From the NCBI RefSeq assembly GCF_963967315.1, contig NZ_OZ017288.1, positions 150,001-182,000 on the forward strand: a stretch of DNA of 32,000 nucleotides, in the 5' to 3' direction. Of the stretch, positions 23,670 to 31,651 are shown one piece after another. The notes under the pieces are model-generated. The model searched no databases. It was not told the DNA's origin and saw nothing but the letters and a program-made list of their open reading frames with translations. How positions within the stretch are numbered: position 1 is the first letter of the stretch; each line of letters begins with the position of its first letter. The stretch comes from Candidatus Minimicrobia sp. QA0096 (GTDB taxonomy: Bacteria > Patescibacteriota > Saccharimonadia > Saccharimonadales > Saccharimonadaceae). A program made the translations under genes and the position numbers.

Positions 23670-24037
23670 TAGAGTACCTCCGGAGCTAAGCTGACGATCT
23701 TCATGTAGCCCATATCGCGAAGTTCGCGTGGAACTGGACCGAAGACACGAGTAGCTTTTGGCTGCTTGTCATCGTTGATAATCACTACAGCGTTGTCGTC
23801 AAAACAGATTGTTGAGCCATCTTTGCGATGAATTTGATCGCGAGTACGAACAACTACAGCTTTAACAACAGATTTTTTCTTAACGTTACCGGTTGGACTA
23901 GCGTCTTTTACTGAGCAGACGATTACGTCGCCAACGCGAGCGTAACGGCGTCGTGTACCGCCAAGAACGCGGATACACAAAACTTCCCTAGCACCTGAGT
24001 TGTCGGCTACCTTAAGGCGAGATTCTTGTTGGATCAT
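23669..24037 (-). CDS. rplN: 50S ribosomal protein L14
   Basis: [27 protein letters not shown] is L14-like. Confidence 0.95.
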   Translation of the reverse strand: MIQQESRLKVADNSGAREVLCIRVLGGTRRRYARVGDVIVCSVKDASPTGNVKKKSVVKAVVVRTRDQIHRKDGSTICFDDNAVVIINDDKQPKATRVFGPVPRELRDMGYMKIVSLAPEVL

Positions 24038-24345
24038 TTGTCGTCCTCCTTAGCCTCTTCCTTAGTTTCGCCAGAAACTTCGTCCTTTAGTTTGATAGAA
24101 CCGCGAGACTTTTCAATCACCTTAACTAGAGTAAAGCTCTTAGTCTTGGAAATTGGGCGAGTCTCTTCGATTTGCACCTTGTCGCCTTCACCTGCCTCGT
24201 TGGTTTCATCATGAGCAGTGTATTTGCGAGTCACGGTGTACTGCTTGCCGTATAGCGGATGCGTTTCGCGGCTAGTGACCGTCACGGTGATGGTCTTGTC
24301 GCGCTTGGCACTCGTTACGACGCCAATCAATGTTCGTCGGGCCAT
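24034..24345 (-). CDS. rpsQ: 30S ribosomal protein S17 with an acidic C-terminal tail
   Basis: [20 protein letters not shown]...HPLYGK is S17-like. An ATGA overlap joins it to rplN. The stop is TGA. Confidence 0.95.
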   Translation of the reverse strand: MARRTLIGVVTSAKRDKTITVTVTSRETHPLYGKQYTVTRKYTAHDETNEAGEGDKVQIEETRPISKTKSFTLVKVIEKSRGSIKLKDEVSGETKEEAKEDDK

Positions 24346-24554
24346 TACTTGCTCTCCTTTGTATTATTAATTTGTGTCAGCAGGCGTGCAATTTCCTTTC
24401 GGAGTGAACGCAACGCTTTTGGATTAACTAATTCGCCAGCAGCGTGAGAACGTTTTGCCTGAAGTAGGTCGTTTCGCTTTTCAGCCAATTCCTTCTTCAA
24501 ATCGTCAATCGTCTTAACAACTGCTGCTTTAACAGATTTCTTCGTTTCAGCCAT
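24345..24554 (-). CDS. rpmC: 50S ribosomal protein L29
   Basis: The 69-aa sequence contains LKKELAEKRNDLLQAKRSHAAGELVNP, and the gene lies between rplP and rpsQ. Confidence 0.9.
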   Translation of the reverse strand: MAETKKSVKAAVVKTIDDLKKELAEKRNDLLQAKRSHAAGELVNPKALRSLRKEIARLLTQINNTKESK

Positions 24555-24967
24555 TATGCGTCCTCCCGCTTGATGAACTTACATTTGACTGGCAATTTGT
24601 GGCTAGCCAGACGCATTGCTTCGCGAGCAACTTCCTCTGAAACGCCCTGCATCTCAAATAGAACAGTACCAGCCTTTACCTTAGCAACGAAGAACTCTGG
24701 ATTACCCTTACCCTGACCCATTTTCAAGCCAAGTGGCTTTCGGGTAACTGGAGTGTGAGGGAAGATTCGAATCCAAATCTTACCGCCACGCTTGATGTAA
24801 CGAGTCATCGCCTGACGAGCAGACTCGATTTGGCGGGAGTTGATGCGCTCATTTGATTGTGATTGCAATGCAAAGTCGCCGAACGCGATGTAATTGCCAC
24901 GAGTTGCTTGACCGCGGTTTTTTCCAATACGCACTTTGCGGTGCTTAGTTTTCTTTGGTAACAGCAT
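24554..24967 (-). CDS. rplP: 50S ribosomal protein L16
   Basis: [16 protein letters not shown]...IWIRIFP is L16-like. Confidence 0.95.
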   Translation of the reverse strand: MLLPKKTKHRKVRIGKNRGQATRGNYIAFGDFALQSQSNERINSRQIESARQAMTRYIKRGGKIWIRIFPHTPVTRKPLGLKMGQGKGNPEFFVAKVKAGTVLFEMQGVSEEVAREAMRLASHKLPVKCKFIKREDA

Positions 24968-25603
24968 TTAGCGACTCCTTTCTCCCTTATAAATCCACAC
25001 TTTCACGCCAATGATACCAGCTGGTGTCTGAGCGCGAGCACAGTGGAAGTCAATATCAGCGCGCAAGGTATGTAGAGGCACTGAGCCTTCAATTACCTTT
25101 TCGCGACGTGCCATTTCAGCACCGTTCAAACGACCAGCCACCTCAATACGAATACCTTTAGCGCCAGCATTCATGGTGTTTTGTGCGGTCATTTTAGTTG
25201 CACGGCGGAAGTTGATTCGGCGCTCCAATTGGCGAGCGATATTCTCAGCTACCAATTTGGCTGCCAATTCTGGACGACGAACTTCTTCAATATTGATACG
25301 AACTGGCTGACCAGCAATCTTCTCAACTTGCTTCTTCAATTCGTTCACGCCAGCACCACCGCGACCGATAACAACACCAGCTTTTGCCGTGTGAATTGTA
25401 ATCGTGATCAAGTTAGCGCTACGCTCAATCTCAATGCGATTGATAGTTGGGCGTGAGGCAAATTTCTTTTCAATCAACTCGCGGATTTCGTGGTCCTGAC
25501 GAATCGCCTCTGCAAACTCTTTTTTATTGGCCGTAAACCAACGAGAGCTCCAGTTCTTATTGACCTGTAGGCGGAAATTGATTGGATTCACTTTTTGACC
25601 CAT
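24968..25603 (-). CDS. rpsC: 30S ribosomal protein S3
   Basis: MGQKVNPINFRL is followed by a KH domain (GVVIGRGGAGVNELKK). Confidence 0.95.
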   Translation of the reverse strand: MGQKVNPINFRLQVNKNWSSRWFTANKKEFAEAIRQDHEIRELIEKKFASRPTINRIEIERSANLITITIHTAKAGVVIGRGGAGVNELKKQVEKIAGQPVRINIEEVRRPELAAKLVAENIARQLERRINFRRATKMTAQNTMNAGAKGIRIEVAGRLNGAEMARREKVIEGSVPLHTLRADIDFHCARAQTPAGIIGVKVWIYKGERSR

Positions 25604-26062
25604 TTACTTCTCCTCCTTTTTTGCTGCCGGTTTAGCGGCTTTTTTAGCTGCAGGCTTAGCGGTTTTTGCTTCTGCCTTAGCTTCGGCCTTTTTTGCAGGC
25701 GCTTTCTTTGGCTTTTCCGTGCCAGTTACTTCAACCAAAATATTTGAAGTCTTTTTCTGGAATGGCAAAGCGCGGCCACGTGATGCAGGCTTAAAGCGAC
25801 GCAAACGTGTACCAGTAGTAACGCTCAAAGTAGTAATTACCAAGCTTTTAGCGTCCAAGCCGTGGTTGTTAATGGCGTTTGCCTTAGCGCTTTCGATAGC
25901 CTTTTTAACTGGGCTAGCAGCGCGCTTTGGAACGTGCTCTAAGATAACTAGAGCATCAGCTACAGTACGACCTCGCACCAAGGCTGCGACTAGACTTACC
26001 TTACGTGGTGCCTGATCAACACCTTTAGCGTAAGCACGGACAGTATAAGTTGTATCAGCCAT
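25604..26062 (-). CDS. rplV: 50S ribosomal protein L22 with a Lys/Ala-rich C-terminal tail
   Basis: The L22 core is SPRKVSLVAALVRGRTVADALVILE-like, and the tail is KKAPAKKAEAKAEAKTAKPAAKKAAKPAAKKEEK. Confidence 0.95.
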   Translation of the reverse strand: MADTTYTVRAYAKGVDQAPRKVSLVAALVRGRTVADALVILEHVPKRAASPVKKAIESAKANAINNHGLDAKSLVITTLSVTTGTRLRRFKPASRGRALPFQKKTSNILVEVTGTEKPKKAPAKKAEAKAEAKTAKPAAKKAAKPAAKKEEK

Positions 26063-26064
26063 GA

Positions 26065-26331
26065 TTACTTCTTATCCTTTCCACCGTGTTTACGGAATTT
26101 ACGAGTTGGACTAAACTCACCGAGCTTATGACCAACCATGTTTTCGGTAATCAGCACGGGTACGTGCACTCTACCGTTGTGAACAGCAATCGTTCGACCA
26201 ACCATCTCTGGTGTAATAGTCGAAGCGCGCGCCCACGTTTTGATAACGGTTCGATCGTCAAGGCTAAGAGCAGCAATTTTCTTTGCTAGCTTTACATCGA
26301 CGAATGGACCTTTCTTTAATGAACGACTCAT
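26065..26331 (-). CDS. rpsS: 30S ribosomal protein S19
   Basis: [12 protein letters not shown]...[13 protein letters not shown] is S19-like. Confidence 0.95.
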   Translation of the reverse strand: MSRSLKKGPFVDVKLAKKIAALSLDDRTVIKTWARASTITPEMVGRTIAVHNGRVHVPVLITENMVGHKLGEFSPTRKFRKHGGKDKK

Positions 26332-26337
26332 CGTGAT

Positions 26338-27177
26338 TTACCTCTTCCTCTTCGCGTCGTGACGCGTGCGTACGATTAATTTATTCGAGCCTTTACGGCG
26401 ACGAGTTCGATAACCTAATGTCAATTGACCCCAAGGAGTACGTGGTGCTTTACCAGTACCGTGGCGACCACCGTCACCACCACCATGTGGGTGGTCTGCG
26501 GCGTTCATAACAACACCACGAACGGTTGGGCGAATACCCTTGCGACGTTTACGACCAGCTGAACCGATCTTAACATTTTGGTGCTGGACGTTACCGACTA
26601 CACCGATAGCAGCGGTAGCTTCCAAACGAACTTTGCGAACTTCGCCAGATGGCAATTTGATAGTTGCGTAGTTGCCTTCTTTCGCCATCAACTGAGCTTT
26701 AGCACCAGCAGCGCGTACCATTTGTGCGCCCTTACCAGCAGTCAACTCAATAGCGTAAATCATCGTACCAACAGGAATAACTGACAATGGCAAGCGGTTT
26801 GAAGCCTCAATTGGAGCTTCTTCGCCAGTTCGGATAGTTTTACCCTTAACCATTGAGGTGTCAGCTAGGATATAGTGGTACAAATTGTACTGATCCTTAA
26901 CTCGAGCAATACGAGCTGAGCGGTTTGGATCGTATTCGATTTCTTCAATCGTCAAGGTCAAGCCTGCTGGCAAATTGTGGTTCACCAAGCGGTAGTGACG
27001 ACGAACGCCGCCTCCGCGATGACGAACAGTAATTCGACCTTGGTTGTTGCGACCGGCATTTTGCTTCTTAGCTTTAATCAGACTTTTAAGAGGTTTTCTT
27101 GTTGTAATGTCTGACAAATCCTGACTCGTCATGCCGCGACGAGCAGGAGTGGTTGGATTGTAAGCTTTCACTGGCAT
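26338..27177 (-). CDS. rplB: 50S ribosomal protein L2
   Basis: GRNNQGRITVRHRGGG...MNAADHPHGGG is L2-like. Confidence 0.95.
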   Translation of the reverse strand: MPVKAYNPTTPARRGMTSQDLSDITTRKPLKSLIKAKKQNAGRNNQGRITVRHRGGGVRRHYRLVNHNLPAGLTLTIEEIEYDPNRSARIARVKDQYNLYHYILADTSMVKGKTIRTGEEAPIEASNRLPLSVIPVGTMIYAIELTAGKGAQMVRAAGAKAQLMAKEGNYATIKLPSGEVRKVRLEATAAIGVVGNVQHQNVKIGSAGRKRRKGIRPTVRGVVMNAADHPHGGGDGGRHGTGKAPRTPWGQLTLGYRTRRRKGSNKLIVRTRHDAKRKR

Positions 27178-27497
27178 TACTTGGTCTCCTCCATCTGCTG
27201 CTCTACTGCGTCAAACACATCGAGCTTATCGCCTTCTTTCAGCGTCACGTAAGCCTTCTTCCAATCCTTGCGCGTTGTTGTGCCAGGATAACGATTCTTG
27301 CCTCGTGAGAAGCGTACAGCCTTGCCGTCTTGTACTAAGGTTTTAACCTTAACTACAGTAACGCCAAATTGCGCTTCTACAGCTGATTTGATTTCGTTCT
27401 TATTCAAGTTAAGTGGAACGCGTAGCACGTATACACCGTTGGCGCTCTGTGCGTAAGCCTTTTCACTAACGCGTGGGATAATAATCGTCTGTTTCAT
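27177..27497 (-). CDS. rplW: 50S ribosomal protein L23
   Basis: The call rests on its position between rplD and rplB and on an L23-like sequence (KNEIKSAVEAQFGVTVVKVKTL). Confidence 0.9.
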   Translation of the reverse strand: MKQTIIIPRVSEKAYAQSANGVYVLRVPLNLNKNEIKSAVEAQFGVTVVKVKTLVQDGKAVRFSRGKNRYPGTTTRKDWKKAYVTLKEGDKLDVFDAVEQQMEETK

Positions 27498-27498
27498 A

Positions 27499-28098
27499 TT
27501 ACGCTTCCTCCTTACCCAACCATGCAGTAATTACAGGTAGAGCTTTCGGTGTTATAACGATTGTATCCGCATTCAGAATGTGATAAACGCTTAGATAATT
27601 AGCGCGAACCACCAAAACGTTCTGAATATTGTTTGTAGCACGCATAAGTTCTGGCGTCTTCTCATCTACAACGATCAGAACACGGCGCTCGAACTTGTTG
27701 TCTGCTAGGAATGTTGCGACTTCCTTGGTTTTGCCAGTAGTCTTAACATCTTTAACGACAATTTTCTTAGCTTCGTTAGCTACGGTCAAAGCTTGGCGAA
27801 CTGCCACTTTCTTAGCAGTCTTTGACAATTTTTTAGTGTAGTTTTCGTTGCCGCGTGGGCCAAATACTACACCACCGCCGCGCCAGATTGGGTTACGGCT
27901 TGAGCCGAAACGTGCTCGACCAGTTCCCTTTTGCTTCCATGGTTTTTTACCACCACCAGAAACTTCGCCGCGCTGCTTGGTTGTAGCGCTAGCTAGGCGT
28001 GCGTTTGCCAAGTAGCTGTCATATGCCAATTTCAACAATTCGTGATTTGGCACTTCCACAGCAAAAATGTCTTTAGGAAGTTTGGTTGAATCTGCCAT
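27499..28098 (-). CDS. rplD: 50S ribosomal protein L4
   Basis: GGGKKPWKQKGTGRARFGSSRNPIWRGGGVVFGP is L4-like. Confidence 0.95.
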   Translation of the reverse strand: MADSTKLPKDIFAVEVPNHELLKLAYDSYLANARLASATTKQRGEVSGGGKKPWKQKGTGRARFGSSRNPIWRGGGVVFGPRGNENYTKKLSKTAKKVAVRQALTVANEAKKIVVKDVKTTGKTKEVATFLADNKFERRVLIVVDEKTPELMRATNNIQNVLVVRANYLSVYHILNADTIVITPKALPVITAWLGKEEA

Positions 28099-28712
28099 TA
28101 CTTGTTACCTCCTAAAATAATCAGCCCCTTTCGTGGTCCAGGAACAGCGCCCTTAACCCCGATTAGATTGGTCTCTGGATCAACATATGCCACTTCCAAG
28201 TTCTTGACAGTAACACGTTCGTGACCCATATGGCCAGCCATCGTCTTACCCTTGAAGACTTTTTGTGGATACATCGAGCCAATTGAACCTGGCTTACGAG
28301 TATTACCCTTACCACCGTGCGTCTTACGATGACGCTTAAAGTTGTGGCGTTTAATGGTTCCAGCGAAACCTTTACCTTTGCTGGTTCCGGTTGCATCGAC
28401 AAAATCGCCGACTTCAAACGCGGAAACATTAATTTCACTGCCAACTTTCAGATCCTCTGGAATCTGGTCGACACGGAATTCCCGAATATGTTTCGGGGTC
28501 ACTTGGGCTGGCTTAACGTGTCCAGCCACGGCCTTGCTCAGGTTCTTACCCTCTCCAAAAGCTACCTGCACCGCATTGTAACCGTCGGTTTCGACAGTCT
28601 TCACCTGAGTCACGGTGACAGGGCCGGCTTGGATCAGCGTTACCGGAATGGCTTTGCCGTCTTCAGCCAAGAGCTGGGTCATACCAAGTTTGGTACCGAG
28701 AAGTGTTTTCAC
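28098..28712 (-). CDS. rplC: 50S ribosomal protein L3 (GTG start)
   Basis: (M)KTLLGTKLGMTQLL...KGKGFAGTIKRHNF is L3-like. The GTG at 28710-28712 has the SD GAGG. Confidence 0.95.
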   Translation of the reverse strand: MKTLLGTKLGMTQLLAEDGKAIPVTLIQAGPVTVTQVKTVETDGYNAVQVAFGEGKNLSKAVAGHVKPAQVTPKHIREFRVDQIPEDLKVGSEINVSAFEVGDFVDATGTSKGKGFAGTIKRHNFKRHRKTHGGKGNTRKPGSIGSMYPQKVFKGKTMAGHMGHERVTVKNLEVAYVDPETNLIGVKGAVPGPRKGLIILGGNK

Positions 28713-28853
28713 TTTTCCTCACTCCCACTTAAATACTCCTGATGACGTGCGGTTTCTGGATTCTGGGAGAACGTTAAATGTAAACATTCGCTCATAACCA
28801 GACCTGCTCATTCATCAAGGAGAACAGTTGATATTACGCGTAATAGAAATTAC
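28713..28853 (-). promoter_or_regulatory. roughly 140-nt 5' leader of the rplC operon with predicted secondary structure (candidate ribosomal-protein autoregulatory leader)
   Basis: It lies downstream of a near-consensus promoter. A long-range helix pairs CUCCU(U)GAUGA (28822-28812) with UCAUCAGGAG (28745-28736). Tandem CCAGAA(U/A)CC motifs (28766-28751) are each complementary to GGUCUGG (28804-28798). GUUCUCC is duplicated. Confidence 0.4.
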
Positions 28854-28859
28854 TTCCTC

Positions 28860-28889
28860 ACTATAGCACGTTATGTATATTATTGTCAA
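28860..28889 (-). promoter_or_regulatory. strong sigma-70-type promoter for rplC
   Basis: On the minus strand, TTGACA (28889-28884) is followed by 18 nt and then TATAGT (28865-28860). Confidence 0.6.
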
Positions 28890-28902
28890 TAAAAGACAGG
28901 CT

Positions 28903-29235
28903 CTAAATCATCACGCCAACCGGCGTAAACGAAGTCAAAATTGCCATGAAAATTATCGTGACATACCAAATTTTCCGGTTGAATTGGTATTTCTCAATCT
29001 TTAATACCAGCAGCAACGCAATAAATAGACCGACGGGAATAGCCTGAACGACCAAGCCGCCCATCTCAACTGGATTTTTTAGACGAAGCCACAGTGCACT
29101 TAATATCACAAAAACCACCAATTTCAAGAAAAATGAGCCGTCATTATCATAAATACGTTCGCGACCTTTGCGACTAAACAGCTCGCTAGACTTCGAGCGA
29201 TTGCGAGCATAAGTACGAGTTTTTTGTTTTGTCAT
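28903..29235 (-). CDS. small 3-TM membrane protein (110 aa), hypothetical, between rpsJ and rplC
   Basis: The sequence MTKQKTRTYARNRSK... has a basic N-terminus followed by three hydrophobic helices. I prefer the ATG at 29235, which lies downstream of TGcTATAAT (29256-29248). The ORF-track start at 29277 would run through the rpsJ terminator. Confidence 0.5.
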   Translation of the reverse strand: MTKQKTRTYARNRSKSSELFSRKGRERIYDNDGSFFLKLVVFVILSALWLRLKNPVEMGGLVVQAIPVGLFIALLLVLKIEKYQFNRKIWYVTIIFMAILTSFTPVGVMI

Positions 29236-29255
29236 AAGCTGAATGGAATTATAGC

Positions 29256-29285
29256 ACAAAAAATCCGCCCCATTCAAGAGGCGGA
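29256..29285 (-). terminator. intrinsic terminator immediately downstream of rpsJ
   Basis: On the minus strand, UCCGCCUC-uugaau-GGGGCGGA forms an 8-bp stem with one G.U pair, followed by UUUUUUGUGC. Confidence 0.7.
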
Positions 29286-29304
29286 AATTTTATATATCGT
29301 TAAA

Positions 29305-29622
29305 TTACATACGAATTTCAGCGTCAACGCCAGCTGGCAAATTCAAGTTCTGCAAGCTATCAATCGTCTTTGGTGTAGCGTTTGTAATGTCAATCAGACG
29401 CTTGTGGACGCGGCGCTCGTAAGATTCACCACCAGTTTTGTAAACGTGCGGACTCTTTACGACGGTGTAAGTGCTGCGGCGAGTTGGCAAAGGTACTGGA
29501 CCAGCCACGTTAGCACCCGTGCGAATTGCGGTGTCGATAATTTGTTTTGCTGATTGGTCGATGACTTTGTGGTCATAAGCCTTCAGACGAATACGGATTT
29601 TAATTCCTGTATCTTGAGCCAT
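29305..29622 (-). CDS. rpsJ: 30S ribosomal protein S10
   Basis: [39 protein letters not shown] is S10-like, and the SD is GGAGGAG. Confidence 0.95.
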   Translation of the reverse strand: MAQDTGIKIRIRLKAYDHKVIDQSAKQIIDTAIRTGANVAGPVPLPTRRSTYTVVKSPHVYKTGGESYERRVHKRLIDITNATPKTIDSLQNLNLPAGVDAEIRM

Positions 29623-29716
29623 AGCTCCTCCTTGTGTGCGATCTCGTAACCTCTAATTGTCCTATTTATAGTCAATCGAGTTCTCGAGATAAATTATTAT
29701 TAACTATGCGATTATA

Positions 29717-30658
29717 TCAGCAATTTTCCGCTTTATCAAGATGAGAAATCATTTCCGCAATAATTCCAGCGGATTTATTCAACGATTCTTTTTCTCGCTC
29801 GGTAAGTGGATAGCCTGCTAAAATCTTCACGCCGTCGCTACTGATTGTCGATGGCAATCCAAGTACAACATTATTCAAGCCATATTCACCTTCAGCCAAA
29901 GAGCAAACAGGATAAACAGTGTGCGTCGATTTTCGGAGCGCCGAAACAATCTTAGACACAACAAACCCAATTGCAAAATACGTTGATTTCTTTGTTTCAA
30001 TCACCCGATACGCTCGGTCGCGAACCCTCTGCTCAATTCCGTCAATCATTTCCTCTGTAAAGCCAGGATATTCCTTAATCGGCACTTCACCAATTTGCGC
30101 CGTTTCAATTGTCGAAAATGATGAATCGCCATGCTCGCCCAGAATATAAGCATCAACCGCTTTACTGTCGACATTGAATGCGTCCGCCAAATACGACTTC
30201 AAACGCGAAGTATCAAGCGTCGTGCCCGTCCCAAACACGCGATTTTTCGGCAAACCAGATTCCTTAAGCGCCACGTAAGTCAGAACATCAACCGGATTAC
30301 TGACAATCACCAAATACGGCTTCGCGCCATTCGCCATAATGTTTTTCACAATATCACGCATAATTTTCGCATTAACGTCAATCAACTCCAACCGAGTCTG
30401 ACCAGGAAGTTGCGGCGCACCTGCAGTAATCACAACGATATCATCGTCATTGATATCAGAATAATTTCCCGTATGAACCACGACATTCCTGTCAATTCCC
30501 ATCGCGTCATTAATGTCGGCTGCTTGACCCCAAGCCAAATCCTCACTGCGGTCAATCAACACAATCTCTTCGATGACACTACGCAATGCACACGCATAAG
30601 CCGCCGTCGCACCGACCATTCCACCGCCGCCAACAATTAGCAATTTCTGTTTATTCAC
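29717..30658 (-). CDS. ldh: L-lactate dehydrogenase (LDH/MDH superfamily, LDH-type residues)
   Basis: The Rossmann motif is IVGGGGMVG, the substrate loop is AGAPQLPGQTRLEL (Gln at the LDH-discriminating position), and the catalytic motifs are LDTSRL and GEHGDSSF. The start is either the GTG at 30658 (GGAGA 6 nt upstream) or the TTG at 30661. The stop is TGA. Confidence 0.85.
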   Translation of the reverse strand: MNKQKLLIVGGGGMVGATAAYACALRSVIEEIVLIDRSEDLAWGQAADINDAMGIDRNVVVHTGNYSDINDDDIVVITAGAPQLPGQTRLELIDVNAKIMRDIVKNIMANGAKPYLVIVSNPVDVLTYVALKESGLPKNRVFGTGTTLDTSRLKSYLADAFNVDSKAVDAYILGEHGDSSFSTIETAQIGEVPIKEYPGFTEEMIDGIEQRVRDRAYRVIETKKSTYFAIGFVVSKIVSALRKSTHTVYPVCSLAEGEYGLNNVVLGLPSTISSDGVKILAGYPLTEREKESLNKSAGIIAEMISHLDKAENC

Positions 30659-30695
30659 CAAAATCTCCTTTTTCTGTTTTATATTAGATGTTTTT

Positions 30696-30725
30696 ATTCT
30701 GCCATAAACATTACCGCTTTGTCAA
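30696..30725 (-). promoter_or_regulatory. candidate promoter for ldh
   Basis: On the minus strand, TTGACA (30725-30720) is followed by 18 nt and then TGgCAGAAT. Confidence 0.35.
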
Positions 30726-30803
30726 TTAACTTTACTTTACAGCAAAAAATATGTATAATATTGGCAATTTATTAACTTTTACATATTATCAACGGGAGGA
30801 TAT

Positions 30804-31577
30804 ATGGAAAAAAGAATGTTTGCAGAAAAAGCGCCACGCGTCGATACTGCAAAAGTATATCGAGCACTTGCAATGCTAGCTTTATTACCATCGTGTGTAT
30901 TGGCTGGATGCGCAGGCGAAAAAGGAGTTGATGCTGGAAGCTCAAGTTCAGCCCCATATGGCGACTCTGAAACTACTACATCTCAGCCAGAAAATAGCAA
31001 TACCGGGAATCCGTCACAAAATAAAAAAGACGATTCTGCGGGAAAAATAGATATAGAAAAGAACTCAATGTACTATTCGGAGAACGGAACCCGCGAAGGA
31101 TTTATAGCTAACTGTACAGCAAGAACCTACGACGGATTCCCTGAAAAGGCAAACTGTTCAATGTATATTTGCGATGGAAACGATGTGGTTTTCTTCACAT
31201 TCGAAGATATCGACTTCACCGAACAAACTCATGGACGAAGAAAACCTGAGATCTCAGACCTAATGAACAAGACAAGAACATTAGCAATGGAGTATGAGTA
31301 TTATATTCCAACCGAAATCGGAAAGAATATGACTGAATGCCGAGAGAAGAAAAGCAGCGTAGGGCAATTCACTAAGCCTGTATCTTCTTCACGCAGCGAA
31401 AATGAGCAATACCTCTGCCTTCCTCAATTTATGACAACAATAGACGGAGAGAAGGTTGCTTTGGAAATCACAAAGACTACATCTGTCAACGAGGAAGACA
31501 ATAACAATAGCCCATATTATCCTCACTATACGCTTGGTACTTCTAAAGAATGTTTTGACACAAGGTTCACTCATTAG
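30804..31577 (+). CDS. putative lipoprotein (lipobox LAGC), Cys-rich, hypothetical
   Basis: The SD is GGGAGGA. The signal peptide ALAMLALLPSCVLAG|C is followed by a Ser/Thr/Asn-rich linker and a roughly 180-aa domain with 7 Cys. I recognised no family. Confidence 0.65.
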   Translation: MEKRMFAEKAPRVDTAKVYRALAMLALLPSCVLAGCAGEKGVDAGSSSSAPYGDSETTTSQPENSNTGNPSQNKKDDSAGKIDIEKNSMYYSENGTREGFIANCTARTYDGFPEKANCSMYICDGNDVVFFTFEDIDFTEQTHGRRKPEISDLMNKTRTLAMEYEYYIPTEIGKNMTECREKKSSVGQFTKPVSSSRSENEQYLCLPQFMTTIDGEKVALEITKTTSVNEEDNNNSPYYPHYTLGTSKECFDTRFTH

Positions 31578-31599
31578 ACATACATTATCGCAGTGGTAT

Positions 31600-31630
31600 C
31601 AAAAAATCCCCCGAAAGTTCGGGGGATTTA
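31600..31630. terminator. bidirectional intrinsic terminator between the lipoprotein gene and tuf
   Basis: AAAAAATCCCCCG-aaagtt-CGGGGGATTT forms an 8-bp GC-rich stem flanked by A- and T-runs. Confidence 0.75.
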
Positions 31631-31651
31631 ATTAGGCTTGTGTTATCAAGA

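Noticed and set aside
28833-28844. 12-bp palindrome ATTACGCGTAAT in the rplC leader
   Set aside because: Several such palindromes are expected by chance in this window. I noted it only as a possible leader element and not as independent evidence.
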